From positions 1 through 58,003 of the forward strand of contig MNXV01000075.1 in assembly GCA_001871575.1 (NCBI GenBank): a stretch of 58,003 nucleotides of DNA, written 5' to 3'. The notes below the pieces were generated by a model. That model saw nothing but the letters and a program-made list of their open reading frames with translations. It had not been told where the DNA came from and ran no database searches. This stretch comes from Caldisericum sp. CG2_30_36_11. GTDB lineage: Bacteria; Caldisericota; Caldisericia; Caldisericales; Caldisericaceae. The position numbers were made by a program, and so were the translations under genes. Positions 7,430-16,105 of this stretch are shown here, in pieces. Numbering within the stretch: the first letter of the stretch is position 1; every line of letters begins with the position of its first letter.

Positions 7430-9688
7430 GTGATAGATTATATATTAAAAGAGCTTCAAACCGATGGAAATTATCACGGGCAGTTTGTTAAAACCTTTGA
7501 GATTAAAACTGAGCTGCCATCTCTTTCCACAATACCAGAAGATTTACACCCTTCGATTAAGAACTATTTAAAAAATAAAGGGATAAATAAGCTTTATCCT
7601 AATCAGATTGAGGCAGTGCAGGAGATAAAGAAAGGTAAAAATATAATAATCACCACATCAGCCTCGTCTGGAAAAACTCTTGCATTCAACATTCCCGTAA
7701 TTAATTATCTTTCAAAAAACCTAAAATCATCAGCGCTTTATATTTACCCCACAAAAGCTTTAACCCAGGATCAATTTGAAAAAGTAACTGAAATAATAAA
7801 GGAAATAGGAATCAATGCAGGCATTTATGATGGCGACACTCCTCAGGACAGAAGGACATATCTAAGAAGACACTCAAGGTTATTACTTGCAAATCCTGAT
7901 ATCTTACACATTGGAATATTGCCAAACCACACAAACTGGAGTAATTTCTTCTCAAACTTAAAATTTGTGGTCGTTGATGAAGCTCATTATTACAGTGGTG
8001 TTTTAGGCTCTCATATGAGCGAGATAATGAGAAGATTAAGGAGAATCTCCCATTATTATGGAAGCTATCCACAATTCATACTTGCCTCTGCAACACTTAA
8101 AAACCCAGAAGAATTTTCATTTAAATTAATCGGTGAAAGATTTAAATTAATAGGAGGCTTTGAAAATTTACCATTCAATAAAAAATTAATAATCTTAAAT
8201 CCTCCTTTGATAGACCCTGTAACAAATTTAAGGAGAAGTATATATAAAGAAGCAGTTTGGATCCTCAAAAAGCTTTTAAAAAATAATGTTAAAACAATAG
8301 CTTTTGTTAAATCAAGGCAGGGAGTTGAGCTTGTAACAAAAATGCTTATAAATTCAGTAGAATCCGATGAAAAAGAGCTTATATCTTCCTACAGAGCTGG
8401 CTACACTAAAGAAACAAGACACAAAATAGAAAGCGAACTCAAAAGTGGTAAAATAAAAATGGTTATAACAACAAATGCACTCGAACTTGGCATCGATATC
8501 GGTGATCTTGATGTGTCTGTTATCGTAGGTTATCCAGGTAGCATCTCAAGCATTTTTCAACAATCGGGAAGATCGGGAAGAAAAGGAGACTCCCTTTCAA
8601 TTTTAATAACAGGTTCAAACCCTATTGATCAATACTTTGCAAAAGATCCAGATTACATTTTTACTAAGAATGTTGAGAGTATTTCAATTAATCCAGAAAA
8701 TCAATACATTGAAACTCCCCATATAAAATGTGCTTCTTATGAAATTCCAATTACTATAGAAGTTGACAATGAGTACTTTGGAAAGAACGCAAAGGATATA
8801 ATAGAGGAACTTAACAAGGACGGCATTCTTGAGAGAAAAGGTGGTAAATATTTCTTTACTGACAGGTATTCCCCAGCCGCCGAAATAAATATAAGAGGAG
8901 CCGGACAAGAACAAATACGCCTTATTAATTCTGAAAACAACCAGGTCATAGAAAGAATTTCAAGAGACAGGGCCACAGAAGAAACTTTTAAAGGCGCCGT
9001 TTATCTACACCTTGCAGATACATATTTAGTAAAAGAACTTAATCTTCAAGACAATTTCGTCATTCTTGAGAAAAAAGAAGTTAATTATTATACTGATTCG
9101 CTTGCAATTGAAACAATTTGGATAAAAAAAATAATTAAAGAAAAAAAAATTAACAAAATCAACATATTTTTCGGAGATGTTCTCGTAAATGAAAAAGTAA
9201 GGGGTTTTGTAAAAAAACAGTTTGAGAGTGATAGAAGAATGGGAGTTGAAGAACTGGACCTACCTGATATAGAATTTATAACAAAAGCATTCTGGTTTAC
9301 AATGGATGAAGCAATGTGCAAAAAAATCGCAAATTTGCATGAAGATTTGCCAGGAACAATTCACGCTGTTGAGCACTTGCTTGTAGGTATGATGCCTCTT
9401 GTAGTGTTATGTGATAGAAATGATGTTGGGGGAGTATCACACCCAATGCATCCTGATACCCAAAAAGCTACAATTTTTGTTTACGACGGAGTCGAAGGAG
9501 GCATTGGATTAAGCGAAAAGGGTTTTGAAAGAATCGATGAGCTTTTAAAACTTGCATACAAAACTGTTTCAGAATGCAACTGTAAAGATGGCTGCCCATC
9601 ATGTATATTCTCACCAAAATGTGGAAACGAAAATAATCCGCTAAGCAAAAGTGGAGCAAAAATTCTGCTGGGGGAGATTCTATCTTGA
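7430..9688 (+). CDS. DEAD/DEAH-box helicase with a C-terminal DUF1998 (MZB) zinc domain, MrfA/YprA-like
   Basis: Helicase motifs SASSGKT, VVVDEAH, ASAT and QQSGRSGRKG. The C-terminal CNCKDGCPSCIFSPKCGNENNPL is a 4-Cys DUF1998 signature. 752 aa, GTG start. Confidence 0.8.
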   Translation: MIDYILKELQTDGNYHGQFVKTFEIKTELPSLSTIPEDLHPSIKNYLKNKGINKLYPNQIEAVQEIKKGKNIIITTSASSGKTLAFNIPVINYLSKNLKSSALYIYPTKALTQDQFEKVTEIIKEIGINAGIYDGDTPQDRRTYLRRHSRLLLANPDILHIGILPNHTNWSNFFSNLKFVVVDEAHYYSGVLGSHMSEIMRRLRRISHYYGSYPQFILASATLKNPEEFSFKLIGERFKLIGGFENLPFNKKLIILNPPLIDPVTNLRRSIYKEAVWILKKLLKNNVKTIAFVKSRQGVELVTKMLINSVESDEKELISSYRAGYTKETRHKIESELKSGKIKMVITTNALELGIDIGDLDVSVIVGYPGSISSIFQQSGRSGRKGDSLSILITGSNPIDQYFAKDPDYIFTKNVESISINPENQYIETPHIKCASYEIPITIEVDNEYFGKNAKDIIEELNKDGILERKGGKYFFTDRYSPAAEINIRGAGQEQIRLINSENNQVIERISRDRATEETFKGAVYLHLADTYLVKELNLQDNFVILEKKEVNYYTDSLAIETIWIKKIIKEKKINKINIFFGDVLVNEKVRGFVKKQFESDRRMGVEELDLPDIEFITKAFWFTMDEAMCKKIANLHEDLPGTIHAVEHLLVGMMPLVVLCDRNDVGGVSHPMHPDTQKATIFVYDGVEGGIGLSEKGFERIDELLKLAYKTVSECNCKDGCPSCIFSPKCGNENNPLSKSGAKILLGEILS

Positions 9689-10317
9689 AAGGCTTAAACT
9701 TCCTTATTTCAATTACATTAATTATTATAGTAATTTTCTCGCCGTTGTTTTTGCTTATGAATAATATATTCTTGACACAGGAATTCTATAAACAAAGCAT
9801 TCAAAAGAGCTCTAAAATGACGAAAAATGAATATTTATTTTATGCAGATCAAATTATAAAATATTTCTTCAATAACCAAGGTAATGTGGTAATAAAAGAC
9901 GAAAACGGCCACAATATAAATGATTTCTTTACAGAAGAAGAGACTCTTCATATGATAGATGTTAAGAGAATAATTAGGTTTGTCTTTATTCTATTAATTA
10001 TTTCATTAGTTACTTTGTTCGCTTTATTTAAAAAAATTAAATTCAAAATTGTGTCAAATGCTTTAATTTTATCTTTCGTTGCTCTATCAATTATTGGAAC
10101 CATTCTATATTTTAATTTTGATAGGAGTTTCTACATTTTTCATAAGATTTTTTTTAGAAATCAATACTGGCTGCTTCCTGAAAACGATATGCTTATAAGA
10201 ATGTTCCCAGAGAATTTCTTTTATGATTATGCGATTACCTGGTTTGTAATTTCATGTTTCCCTGGATTTATACTGATACTTTTTAAAAGATTTGGACATT
10301 TAAAAAGTTCTTCCTGA
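9685..10317 (+). CDS. DUF1461/TIGR01906-family integral membrane protein (the family that includes lipoprotein intramolecular transacylase Lit)
   Basis: 4 predicted TM helices and FHKIFFRNQYWLLPENDMLIRMFPENFF, a DUF1461-like core. The TTG start overlaps the helicase stop. Confidence 0.5.
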   Translation: MKGLNFLISITLIIIVIFSPLFLLMNNIFLTQEFYKQSIQKSSKMTKNEYLFYADQIIKYFFNNQGNVVIKDENGHNINDFFTEEETLHMIDVKRIIRFVFILLIISLVTLFALFKKIKFKIVSNALILSFVALSIIGTILYFNFDRSFYIFHKIFFRNQYWLLPENDMLIRMFPENFFYDYAITWFVISCFPGFILILFKRFGHLKSSS

Positions 10318-10339
10318 TAAAGCCCAAATATATAAGCTT

Positions 10340-11113
10340 TTAAACTCTTTTGTCCCTACTATAAAACCCATAAGCATTATGATTATGGATGCTTTCAAAG
10401 CTAATAGCTTCAATTGCATAATAAGTTATCCTCTCATCTTTATCAAGCAAAATTGAAACGCCCCTCACCATATCCTCCACAAACTTTGGATTTTGAAAAG
10501 CATGTTCAGTAACATATTTTTCATCTTCTCTTTTTAGAAGCGAATAGAGAGGAGCGCTTGCAGAACTTTCAGAAATATTTACTATCTCTTCGATCCATAC
10601 AAGCTTTTTCATTCGAACCTGTGCCTTTATGTTTGCCCTTTGATTGTGAGCTCCAAAATTACTTATCTCCTTCGAACAGGGGCACAAGCTGTGAACTGGA
10701 GTATTTACTTCAAGGACAAAATCAAAATTTTTCCCTTTAGAAGCAATAAAAGCACATTCATAATTCATAAAACTTTCTATCCTAGAAATTGGTGCTTTTT
10801 TAATCATAAAATAAGGGAACCTTACTTCAATATGTGCCGTCTTAGCTTTTAAAGCAATTTTAATATCATCAAGAATGTTTTCAAGAGTCGCAAGACTCAT
10901 ATTGGTACGATGTTTGTTCAACACCTCAACAAATCTGCTCATATGGGTCCCCCTGAACTCCTGAGGCAAATCTACGAACATATTTATTTTGGATACAGTA
11001 TGTTGAAATCCATTATTTTTATCCATCACTCTAATAGGATAAACAATCCCGCTTACTCCAACCTTATTAAGCGCAATGTTTCTTAAGTCTAAATCATTCT
11101 GAACGTCTCTCAT
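10340..11113 (-). CDS. folE2: GTP cyclohydrolase IB (FolE2)
   Basis: THMSRF, SLCPCSKEIS..GAHNQR, LLKREDEKYVTE and ESIHNHNAY motifs. Confidence 0.88.
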   Translation of the reverse strand: MRDVQNDLDLRNIALNKVGVSGIVYPIRVMDKNNGFQHTVSKINMFVDLPQEFRGTHMSRFVEVLNKHRTNMSLATLENILDDIKIALKAKTAHIEVRFPYFMIKKAPISRIESFMNYECAFIASKGKNFDFVLEVNTPVHSLCPCSKEISNFGAHNQRANIKAQVRMKKLVWIEEIVNISESSASAPLYSLLKREDEKYVTEHAFQNPKFVEDMVRGVSILLDKDERITYYAIEAISFESIHNHNAYGFYSRDKRV

Positions 11114-11477
11114 TTTTTATAGAAACCTTATTATTTACACCTTCGGTTAAATCAACTTCATAAATTGAACAATTGACCTCCTCGAAAGGCTTCTGAAGTT
11201 TTTCAAAAATCCAGTGGGCAATTATCTCAGTTGTAGGGTTTTCAAAAACATCATTTAAATATTTGTGATCAAGTCTCTCTAAAACATTTTCCTCAACAAT
11301 TTGTTTTAAGATCGCAAAATCAAGAACCATCCCATCACTTTTAAGCTTACCCGTTATGGTAACTGTGAGTTTATAGGTATGTCCATGAAGATTCTCACAC
11401 TTACCTGAGTAATCAATAATTCTATGCGCTGCGTCAAAAGTAAAATTTCTTGAAAGATAAAAAGAAAGTTTATTCAT
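11094..11477 (-). CDS. queD: 6-carboxy-5,6,7,8-tetrahydropterin synthase (6-pyruvoyl-tetrahydropterin synthase family)
   Basis: FDAAHRI...CENLHGHTYKL motif, 127 aa, overlaps folE2 by 20 nt. Confidence 0.85.
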   Translation of the reverse strand: MNKLSFYLSRNFTFDAAHRIIDYSGKCENLHGHTYKLTVTITGKLKSDGMVLDFAILKQIVEENVLERLDHKYLNDVFENPTTEIIAHWIFEKLQKPFEEVNCSIYEVDLTEGVNNKVSIKNERRSE

Positions 11478-11495
11478 TTTCTCCCTCTAAATAAC

Positions 11496-11586
11496 TGGCG
11501 GAGAGAGTGGGATTTGAACCCACGGCAGGCGGTTAACCCGCACACGCTTTCCAGGCGTGCACCTTAAACCACTCGGTCACCTCTCC
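11496..11586 (-). tRNA. tRNA-Ser (anticodon GGA), long variable arm, encoded CCA
   Basis: Minus-strand read: GGAGAGGTGACCGAGTGGTTTAAGGTGCACGCCTGGAAAGCGTGTGCGGGTTAACCGCCTGCCGTGGGTTCAAATCCCACTCTCTCCGCCA. It shows an acceptor stem, GTGG D loop, CTGGAAA anticodon loop, long extra arm and GGTTCAAATCC T arm. Confidence 0.93.
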
Positions 11587-11595
11587 AACAGAGTT

Positions 11596-11623
11596 ATAAT
11601 AACAAAATTCATTGAAAAATCAA
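11596..11623 (-). promoter_or_regulatory. Putative sigma70-type promoter for tRNA-Ser (and possibly queD-folE2)
   Basis: Minus strand reads TTGATT-N16-TATTAT. The -10 box ends ~9 nt before the mature tRNA 5' end. Confidence 0.4.
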
Positions 11624-11636
11624 TAGCACAAACAGA

Positions 11637-12851
11637 CTACCTTGAAAATTTTAGCACGAGCATCCATAATACAGAAAGAAGGAAAACAAAAGCAAGATTT
11701 TTAATAAGAATTATATAGGTTTCTTTAAATTTTGCTGAAAAATATTCAATGCTTAACGATAAACATAAATGTGTGGGGGTTAACATTATTCCAAGCCATC
11801 CGCCAACAAAGGCAATAAAAAGATTTAAGGGGATAATATTCACTGACCTTATTATAGGGAGAAGCAAGGGATATGATACGCCAAAAGTTGCAGTAGAAGC
11901 TCCTGTCATAATACCTACAATAAAAGGAAGAAAAAATAGAATAATGAAATTGGGAACATTATAAATCTCAAGGACTTTGTATACACCGGTTATTACATTA
12001 CTATCGATTACTGTATACTTTAAATAAAAAATCGAGAACATCAAAAACAGAATCTTAAAAAGAAATTTTAAGTCAATTGATTTAATGGCTTTCTGGAAAG
12101 AAACCCTCTTCACGAATATTACATATAATATACCAGCCGCTATCGACAAAATAATCGATAATTTCAAAACAAGTATTAGCAAAATTACAAGAACAAGCGG
12201 AAGAACACTTTGCAGTGCTTCTAAATAAAATTTAAAGCTTTTTTCCAATTTTGAGTCTCCATTCACCCTTATAAGTGGTAAGAGAAAAATTATTCCTGAA
12301 ACTATCATAGCAACAGAAACTGGCCATTGAACACTCACAATAAAAGGAATGGATGCTCCAAGTATTGCAGCATTCATTGGCATTTCAGGGTAGATAGGCG
12401 AAACAGGCTCCCAAATATGCCTGAACCAATAGTTAATAACTGTTTTTTCGCCACTTGATATAACAGAACTTTTTGCTCCTTCTTCAACAAGTGGAGCAGA
12501 TACAAGAGCACCACCAGGCATAGGAAGAGCACCTACTATGAAGGCAAAAGCAGGAATAAAAATTTTAGGCGAAAAAATCTTTGAAAAACTCTTGACTATT
12601 TCTTCTAAAAATCCGAAAGTTGCAAGAATACTTACAAAAATAGTAATAAAAACAACAATAATTAGAACTTCCAGAGTATCTGATGCGGAAAGCGTAATCC
12701 ATAAATTTTTTAGAAGATCTAAAAAATTAAACCCCCTGAGAATACCAAGAAAAATTGCAGAAATAAAAATTGAAAAGCCAAGATTCAGCTTTAAAATAAT
12801 AAGTACACCAAGCAATAAAATAGCGGATAAAAGAATTATTAAATCAATCAT
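11637..12851 (-). CDS. DUF401-family polytopic membrane protein (putative transporter)
   Basis: 404 aa, ~10-12 hydrophobic helices, no soluble domain. The family assignment is from memory of TIGR00529/DUF401-like sequences. Confidence 0.45.
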   Translation of the reverse strand: MIDLIILLSAILLLGVLIILKLNLGFSIFISAIFLGILRGFNFLDLLKNLWITLSASDTLEVLIIVVFITIFVSILATFGFLEEIVKSFSKIFSPKIFIPAFAFIVGALPMPGGALVSAPLVEEGAKSSVISSGEKTVINYWFRHIWEPVSPIYPEMPMNAAILGASIPFIVSVQWPVSVAMIVSGIIFLLPLIRVNGDSKLEKSFKFYLEALQSVLPLVLVILLILVLKLSIILSIAAGILYVIFVKRVSFQKAIKSIDLKFLFKILFLMFSIFYLKYTVIDSNVITGVYKVLEIYNVPNFIILFFLPFIVGIMTGASTATFGVSYPLLLPIIRSVNIIPLNLFIAFVGGWLGIMLTPTHLCLSLSIEYFSAKFKETYIILIKNLAFVFLLSVLWMLVLKFSR

Positions 12852-12906
12852 ATGAAAGATATTATACTATTTTTAATTTTTTTCCGAATATACAGTATAA
12901 TTTTCC

Positions 12907-14034
12907 ATGCTTAAAATTGATAAAATCATACCACAGGTTGAAAAAATTGTTGAAGAAAAATATTCTGAAAATCTCAGAAAAATAAGTGCTATAGATTTTG
13001 TAATAAAAAAACTAAAAGAAATTAAACCAGAAGATTTTGAAAATGTAACGTACAAAGAAACCCTGTCTCTATTTGGAACACCCATTGAAATACCAGGAAG
13101 AGCAATCAAAGTTGAAAAAGAAATATCAGATTATACTGCAATTGCAGCAGACGGTTCCGAGGTTCCTATAAATGAAGATTTCTTCTTCCCGTATTATATT
13201 ATTAATATAGGTTTTATAGCTTTAAAATACGGAAAAGATCACTTCTTCTTTGCAGACTCCAATGCAAAAATATACTTTGAAGAGAATGAATTATACGAGA
13301 AGGTAGGAGATAAAAGTTTCCTTGTTCGAGGAGAACTTCTTTCTTCAAAAATGCTGCTTGAAGAAAGCAAAAAATTAGAAGAACTATTAAAAGATTTTTA
13401 TACTGTTGAAGTACCTGTTCTGGCATTGTTCGATGGCACTTTAATACAATGGGAAATTAAAGAAACAAGTGAAACTTATAAAAACAATTTCGTTAAGAAT
13501 TTTCAAAGAATGATCCTCAAAGCACTGCAATTGAAAGCACCTCTTGCAGGATATATAAGCGGCACTCGTTCAAGAGATGTAATGGAAATGATAAGGATAT
13601 TCCTCGAAATGAAAGGCGAAGATTTTGATAAACAGTTATTGTCAATTATAAAAGACGCAGATATATTCAAAATCATACTCCGAAAGGGAGAAAGATCAGC
13701 TATGTTTAGAAGTAATGCCCCAATTTTAAATCTTTACAAAGCTCCCATATACTTCTTCTTTCTAAATGTAGGAAGCGAAGTAGTTAGAATAGAAATACCT
13801 GAATTCATTGCTTTTGATAATGATCTGCTTGAAATAACATGTGCGCTTATTTTAAGTCAGTCTAAAAAAGGTGGAGGTTATCCCGTTGCTCTTAAAGAAG
13901 CACATGAACAAGCAGTAATAAAAAGTTCAGAAAGAGTATTTATTGAGGAACTTTTTATAGATTTCCTGAGAAAGAAAGGTATTATATTTAATCAAAACTA
14001 TAAATTTCTATCAAAAAAAATAAGAAATATCTAA
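12907..14034 (+). CDS. nurA: NurA-domain 5'-3' nuclease
   Basis: IAADGSEV (catalytic Asp region), ALFDGTLIQWE and GGGYPVALKEAHEQAVI motifs, characteristic of the NurA family. 375 aa. Confidence 0.7.
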   Translation: MLKIDKIIPQVEKIVEEKYSENLRKISAIDFVIKKLKEIKPEDFENVTYKETLSLFGTPIEIPGRAIKVEKEISDYTAIAADGSEVPINEDFFFPYYIINIGFIALKYGKDHFFFADSNAKIYFEENELYEKVGDKSFLVRGELLSSKMLLEESKKLEELLKDFYTVEVPVLALFDGTLIQWEIKETSETYKNNFVKNFQRMILKALQLKAPLAGYISGTRSRDVMEMIRIFLEMKGEDFDKQLLSIIKDADIFKIILRKGERSAMFRSNAPILNLYKAPIYFFFLNVGSEVVRIEIPEFIAFDNDLLEITCALILSQSKKGGGYPVALKEAHEQAVIKSSERVFIEELFIDFLRKKGIIFNQNYKFLSKKIRNI

Positions 14035-15086
14035 GAAGGCTTCTGTCTTTCTTCGATAAGGTTTTTCAGTTCTTTCACAAAAGTTCTATAAAGCTTAATT
14101 TCATTTTCAGTTTTTATAATTTTCCCATTCCTAAAAATAACACCACTTCTCTTTCCACCCGCAATTCCTATATCTGCATCCATTGCTTCTCCGGGCCCAT
14201 TTACTGCACAGCCCATTACTGCCACCTTCAGGGGAACTTTTACATTGCTAAAACGTCTTTCTAATTGTTTTGCAATGCTTTGAACGCCTATTTCTGCCCT
14301 TCCACACATTGGACAGGAGATAATTTCTAATCCATAGTCTCTCAAATGCAAACTTCGTAAAAGATCAAAACCGGCTTTTACTTCTTTTTCAGGTTTATCT
14401 GTAATTGAAAATCTTATAGTGTCACCAATTCCATTCATAAGCAAATAACCAATGCCTGCACTGTTTTTAACAAGCGAAGTCTCAAGCAAGCCTGCTTCGG
14501 TTATTCCCAGATGAATTGGAAAGTTCACCTTTTTTGCAATTATTTCATTTGCTTTTATTGTGGTCATTACATCCGAAGCTTTAATAGAAACCACTATATC
14601 TTCAAAATTAACGCCTTCCAATATCTCGATCTCCTTCAAAACGCTTTGCACCAATGCCTCAACCACATTAGCAGGGCGTTCTCTAAAAGAGCCGAGATTA
14701 GCGCCTACTCTTATCGGTATACCTTTGTCTTTTGCTCTCAAAGAGATTTCTCTTACCCATGCTAAATCCTTGATATTCGACGGGTTAAGTCTTATTTTGT
14801 CTGCTCCATTATCTATTGCAAGCACTGCAAGTCTTGGGTCAAAGTGAATATCAGCAACAAGAGGGATATGAATGTTTCTTTTAATGTGAGGAATTGCAAT
14901 TGCTGCTTCCTCATCAGGAACTGCAACTCTAACAATTTCACAACCTTTTTCTTCTAAAGAAAGGATTTGAGAAATAGTTGCTTCAACATCCCTTGTATCA
15001 GTCTTTGTCATTGATTGAACTCTAATTAGATTCTGGCCACCTATAGCCATATTACCAATTTTAACAACTTTGGATTGTCTTCTCAT
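14031..15086 (-). CDS. ispG: 4-hydroxy-3-methylbut-2-en-1-yl diphosphate synthase (flavodoxin)
   Basis: GcpE family throughout (IRVQSMT, CPMCGR, GCAVNGPGE). Start moved to ATG 15086 (MRRQSKVVKIG). The 5' extension in the ORF track lies inside rseP. Confidence 0.9.
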   Translation of the reverse strand: MRRQSKVVKIGNMAIGGQNLIRVQSMTKTDTRDVEATISQILSLEEKGCEIVRVAVPDEEAAIAIPHIKRNIHIPLVADIHFDPRLAVLAIDNGADKIRLNPSNIKDLAWVREISLRAKDKGIPIRVGANLGSFRERPANVVEALVQSVLKEIEILEGVNFEDIVVSIKASDVMTTIKANEIIAKKVNFPIHLGITEAGLLETSLVKNSAGIGYLLMNGIGDTIRFSITDKPEKEVKAGFDLLRSLHLRDYGLEIISCPMCGRAEIGVQSIAKQLERRFSNVKVPLKVAVMGCAVNGPGEAMDADIGIAGGKRSGVIFRNGKIIKTENEIKLYRTFVKELKNLIEERQKPS

Positions 15087-16105
15087 TTTCCTATTAACCT
15101 CATTATATCCCTGAGACTTACAAGCACCATAAGGCCAAGAATAACGACAAAACCAATGCCTTGAACCGATGCTTGTTTTTTTGGAGGAACTGGTTTTCTT
15201 GTTACTGCCTCCCATATAGCAAGTGCTATCCAGCTACCATCTAAAGCAGGAATGGGTAGTAAGTTTGTAAATCCAAGAGCAATGCTTATAAACGCCGTAA
15301 ACCAAATAAGTTCAGCAAAACCACCTGCTGCTGCCTGGCTCGTCAATGCCACGATTCCAATAGGCCCGGCTATAGAGCTAAGACCTACCCTGGTAAAAAG
15401 CATTGGGATAAAAGTAAACATTTTGTAAAGCGTATTGCCTGTCCATTTTATCCCTTCCCAAAACGATGCAAGAACCGAATATCGCTGATTGATAGGATAA
15501 ATACCTATAAGCCATAGGCCAGTAATCTTATCCTTTTGTGGCACCACAGAAAAGGTTATGTCATTTCCGTTCCTTTCAACAATTATACTCAAAGTCTTGC
15601 CATTACAATTATGTATTATATCTGTTACTTCTTGCCATTGATTTATAACTTTTCCATCTATCTCTATAATTTTATCTCCTGATTCAAAGCCAGCATAGTA
15701 AGCCGGACTGTTACTTGTGGCCCTTGCAATAGTAGTTGTAGGAGTAAAGGGATTTCCGAAGGCAGCAAAAACAAATGAGAATAAGACGATCGCAACTATA
15801 AAATTCATCAAGGGCCCAGCAAAAATAGTAAAAAACCTACTCCAAAGACCTTTCTTGAAATATCCATCAGGAGCATCAAAATTTCCTTCCATTCCTTTTA
15901 TTTTCGCATATCCAAGAATTGGAAGGACTCCAATTTTATAGACAGTCCCATGAGCTTCCTTCTGATATATAGTTGGACCAAAACCTATGCTCAATTCTTC
16001 AACACCTATTCCAGATAGTTTAGCTGCAAAGAAATGCCCTAGCTCATGGAACATTGCAAGGATCAGGATAATCAAAATACCGTAAACAACTGTTAGAATA
16101 TTCAT
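15083..16105 (-). CDS. rseP: RIP metalloprotease RseP (M50 site-2 protease with PDZ domain)
   Basis: HELGHF zinc motif, a central PDZ-like segment, NLLPIPALDG motif. Confidence 0.88.
   Translation of the reverse strand: MNILTVVYGILIILILAMFHELGHFFAAKLSGIGVEELSIGFGPTIYQKEAHGTVYKIGVLPILGYAKIKGMEGNFDAPDGYFKKGLWSRFFTIFAGPLMNFIVAIVLFSFVFAAFGNPFTPTTTIARATSNSPAYYAGFESGDKIIEIDGKVINQWQEVTDIIHNCNGKTLSIIVERNGNDITFSVVPQKDKITGLWLIGIYPINQRYSVLASFWEGIKWTGNTLYKMFTFIPMLFTRVGLSSIAGPIGIVALTSQAAAGGFAELIWFTAFISIALGFTNLLPIPALDGSWIALAIWEAVTRKPVPPKKQASVQGIGFVVILGLMVLVSLRDIMRLIGK

Noticed and set aside
7430-9688. The DUF1998 helicase as a component of DISARM or Druantia defence systems.
   Set aside because: Its size (752 aa) and single-polypeptide helicase+DUF1998 layout match housekeeping MrfA/YprA. 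No methyltransferase, PLD nuclease or DruA-D-like genes are nearby.
15087-15215. A 43-codon N-terminal extension of ispG in the ORF track (MGGSNKKTSSSKK...).
   Set aside because: It lies entirely inside the rseP coding region and is not IspG-like. The conserved IspG sequence begins at MRRQSKVVKIG, whose ATG overlaps the rseP stop.
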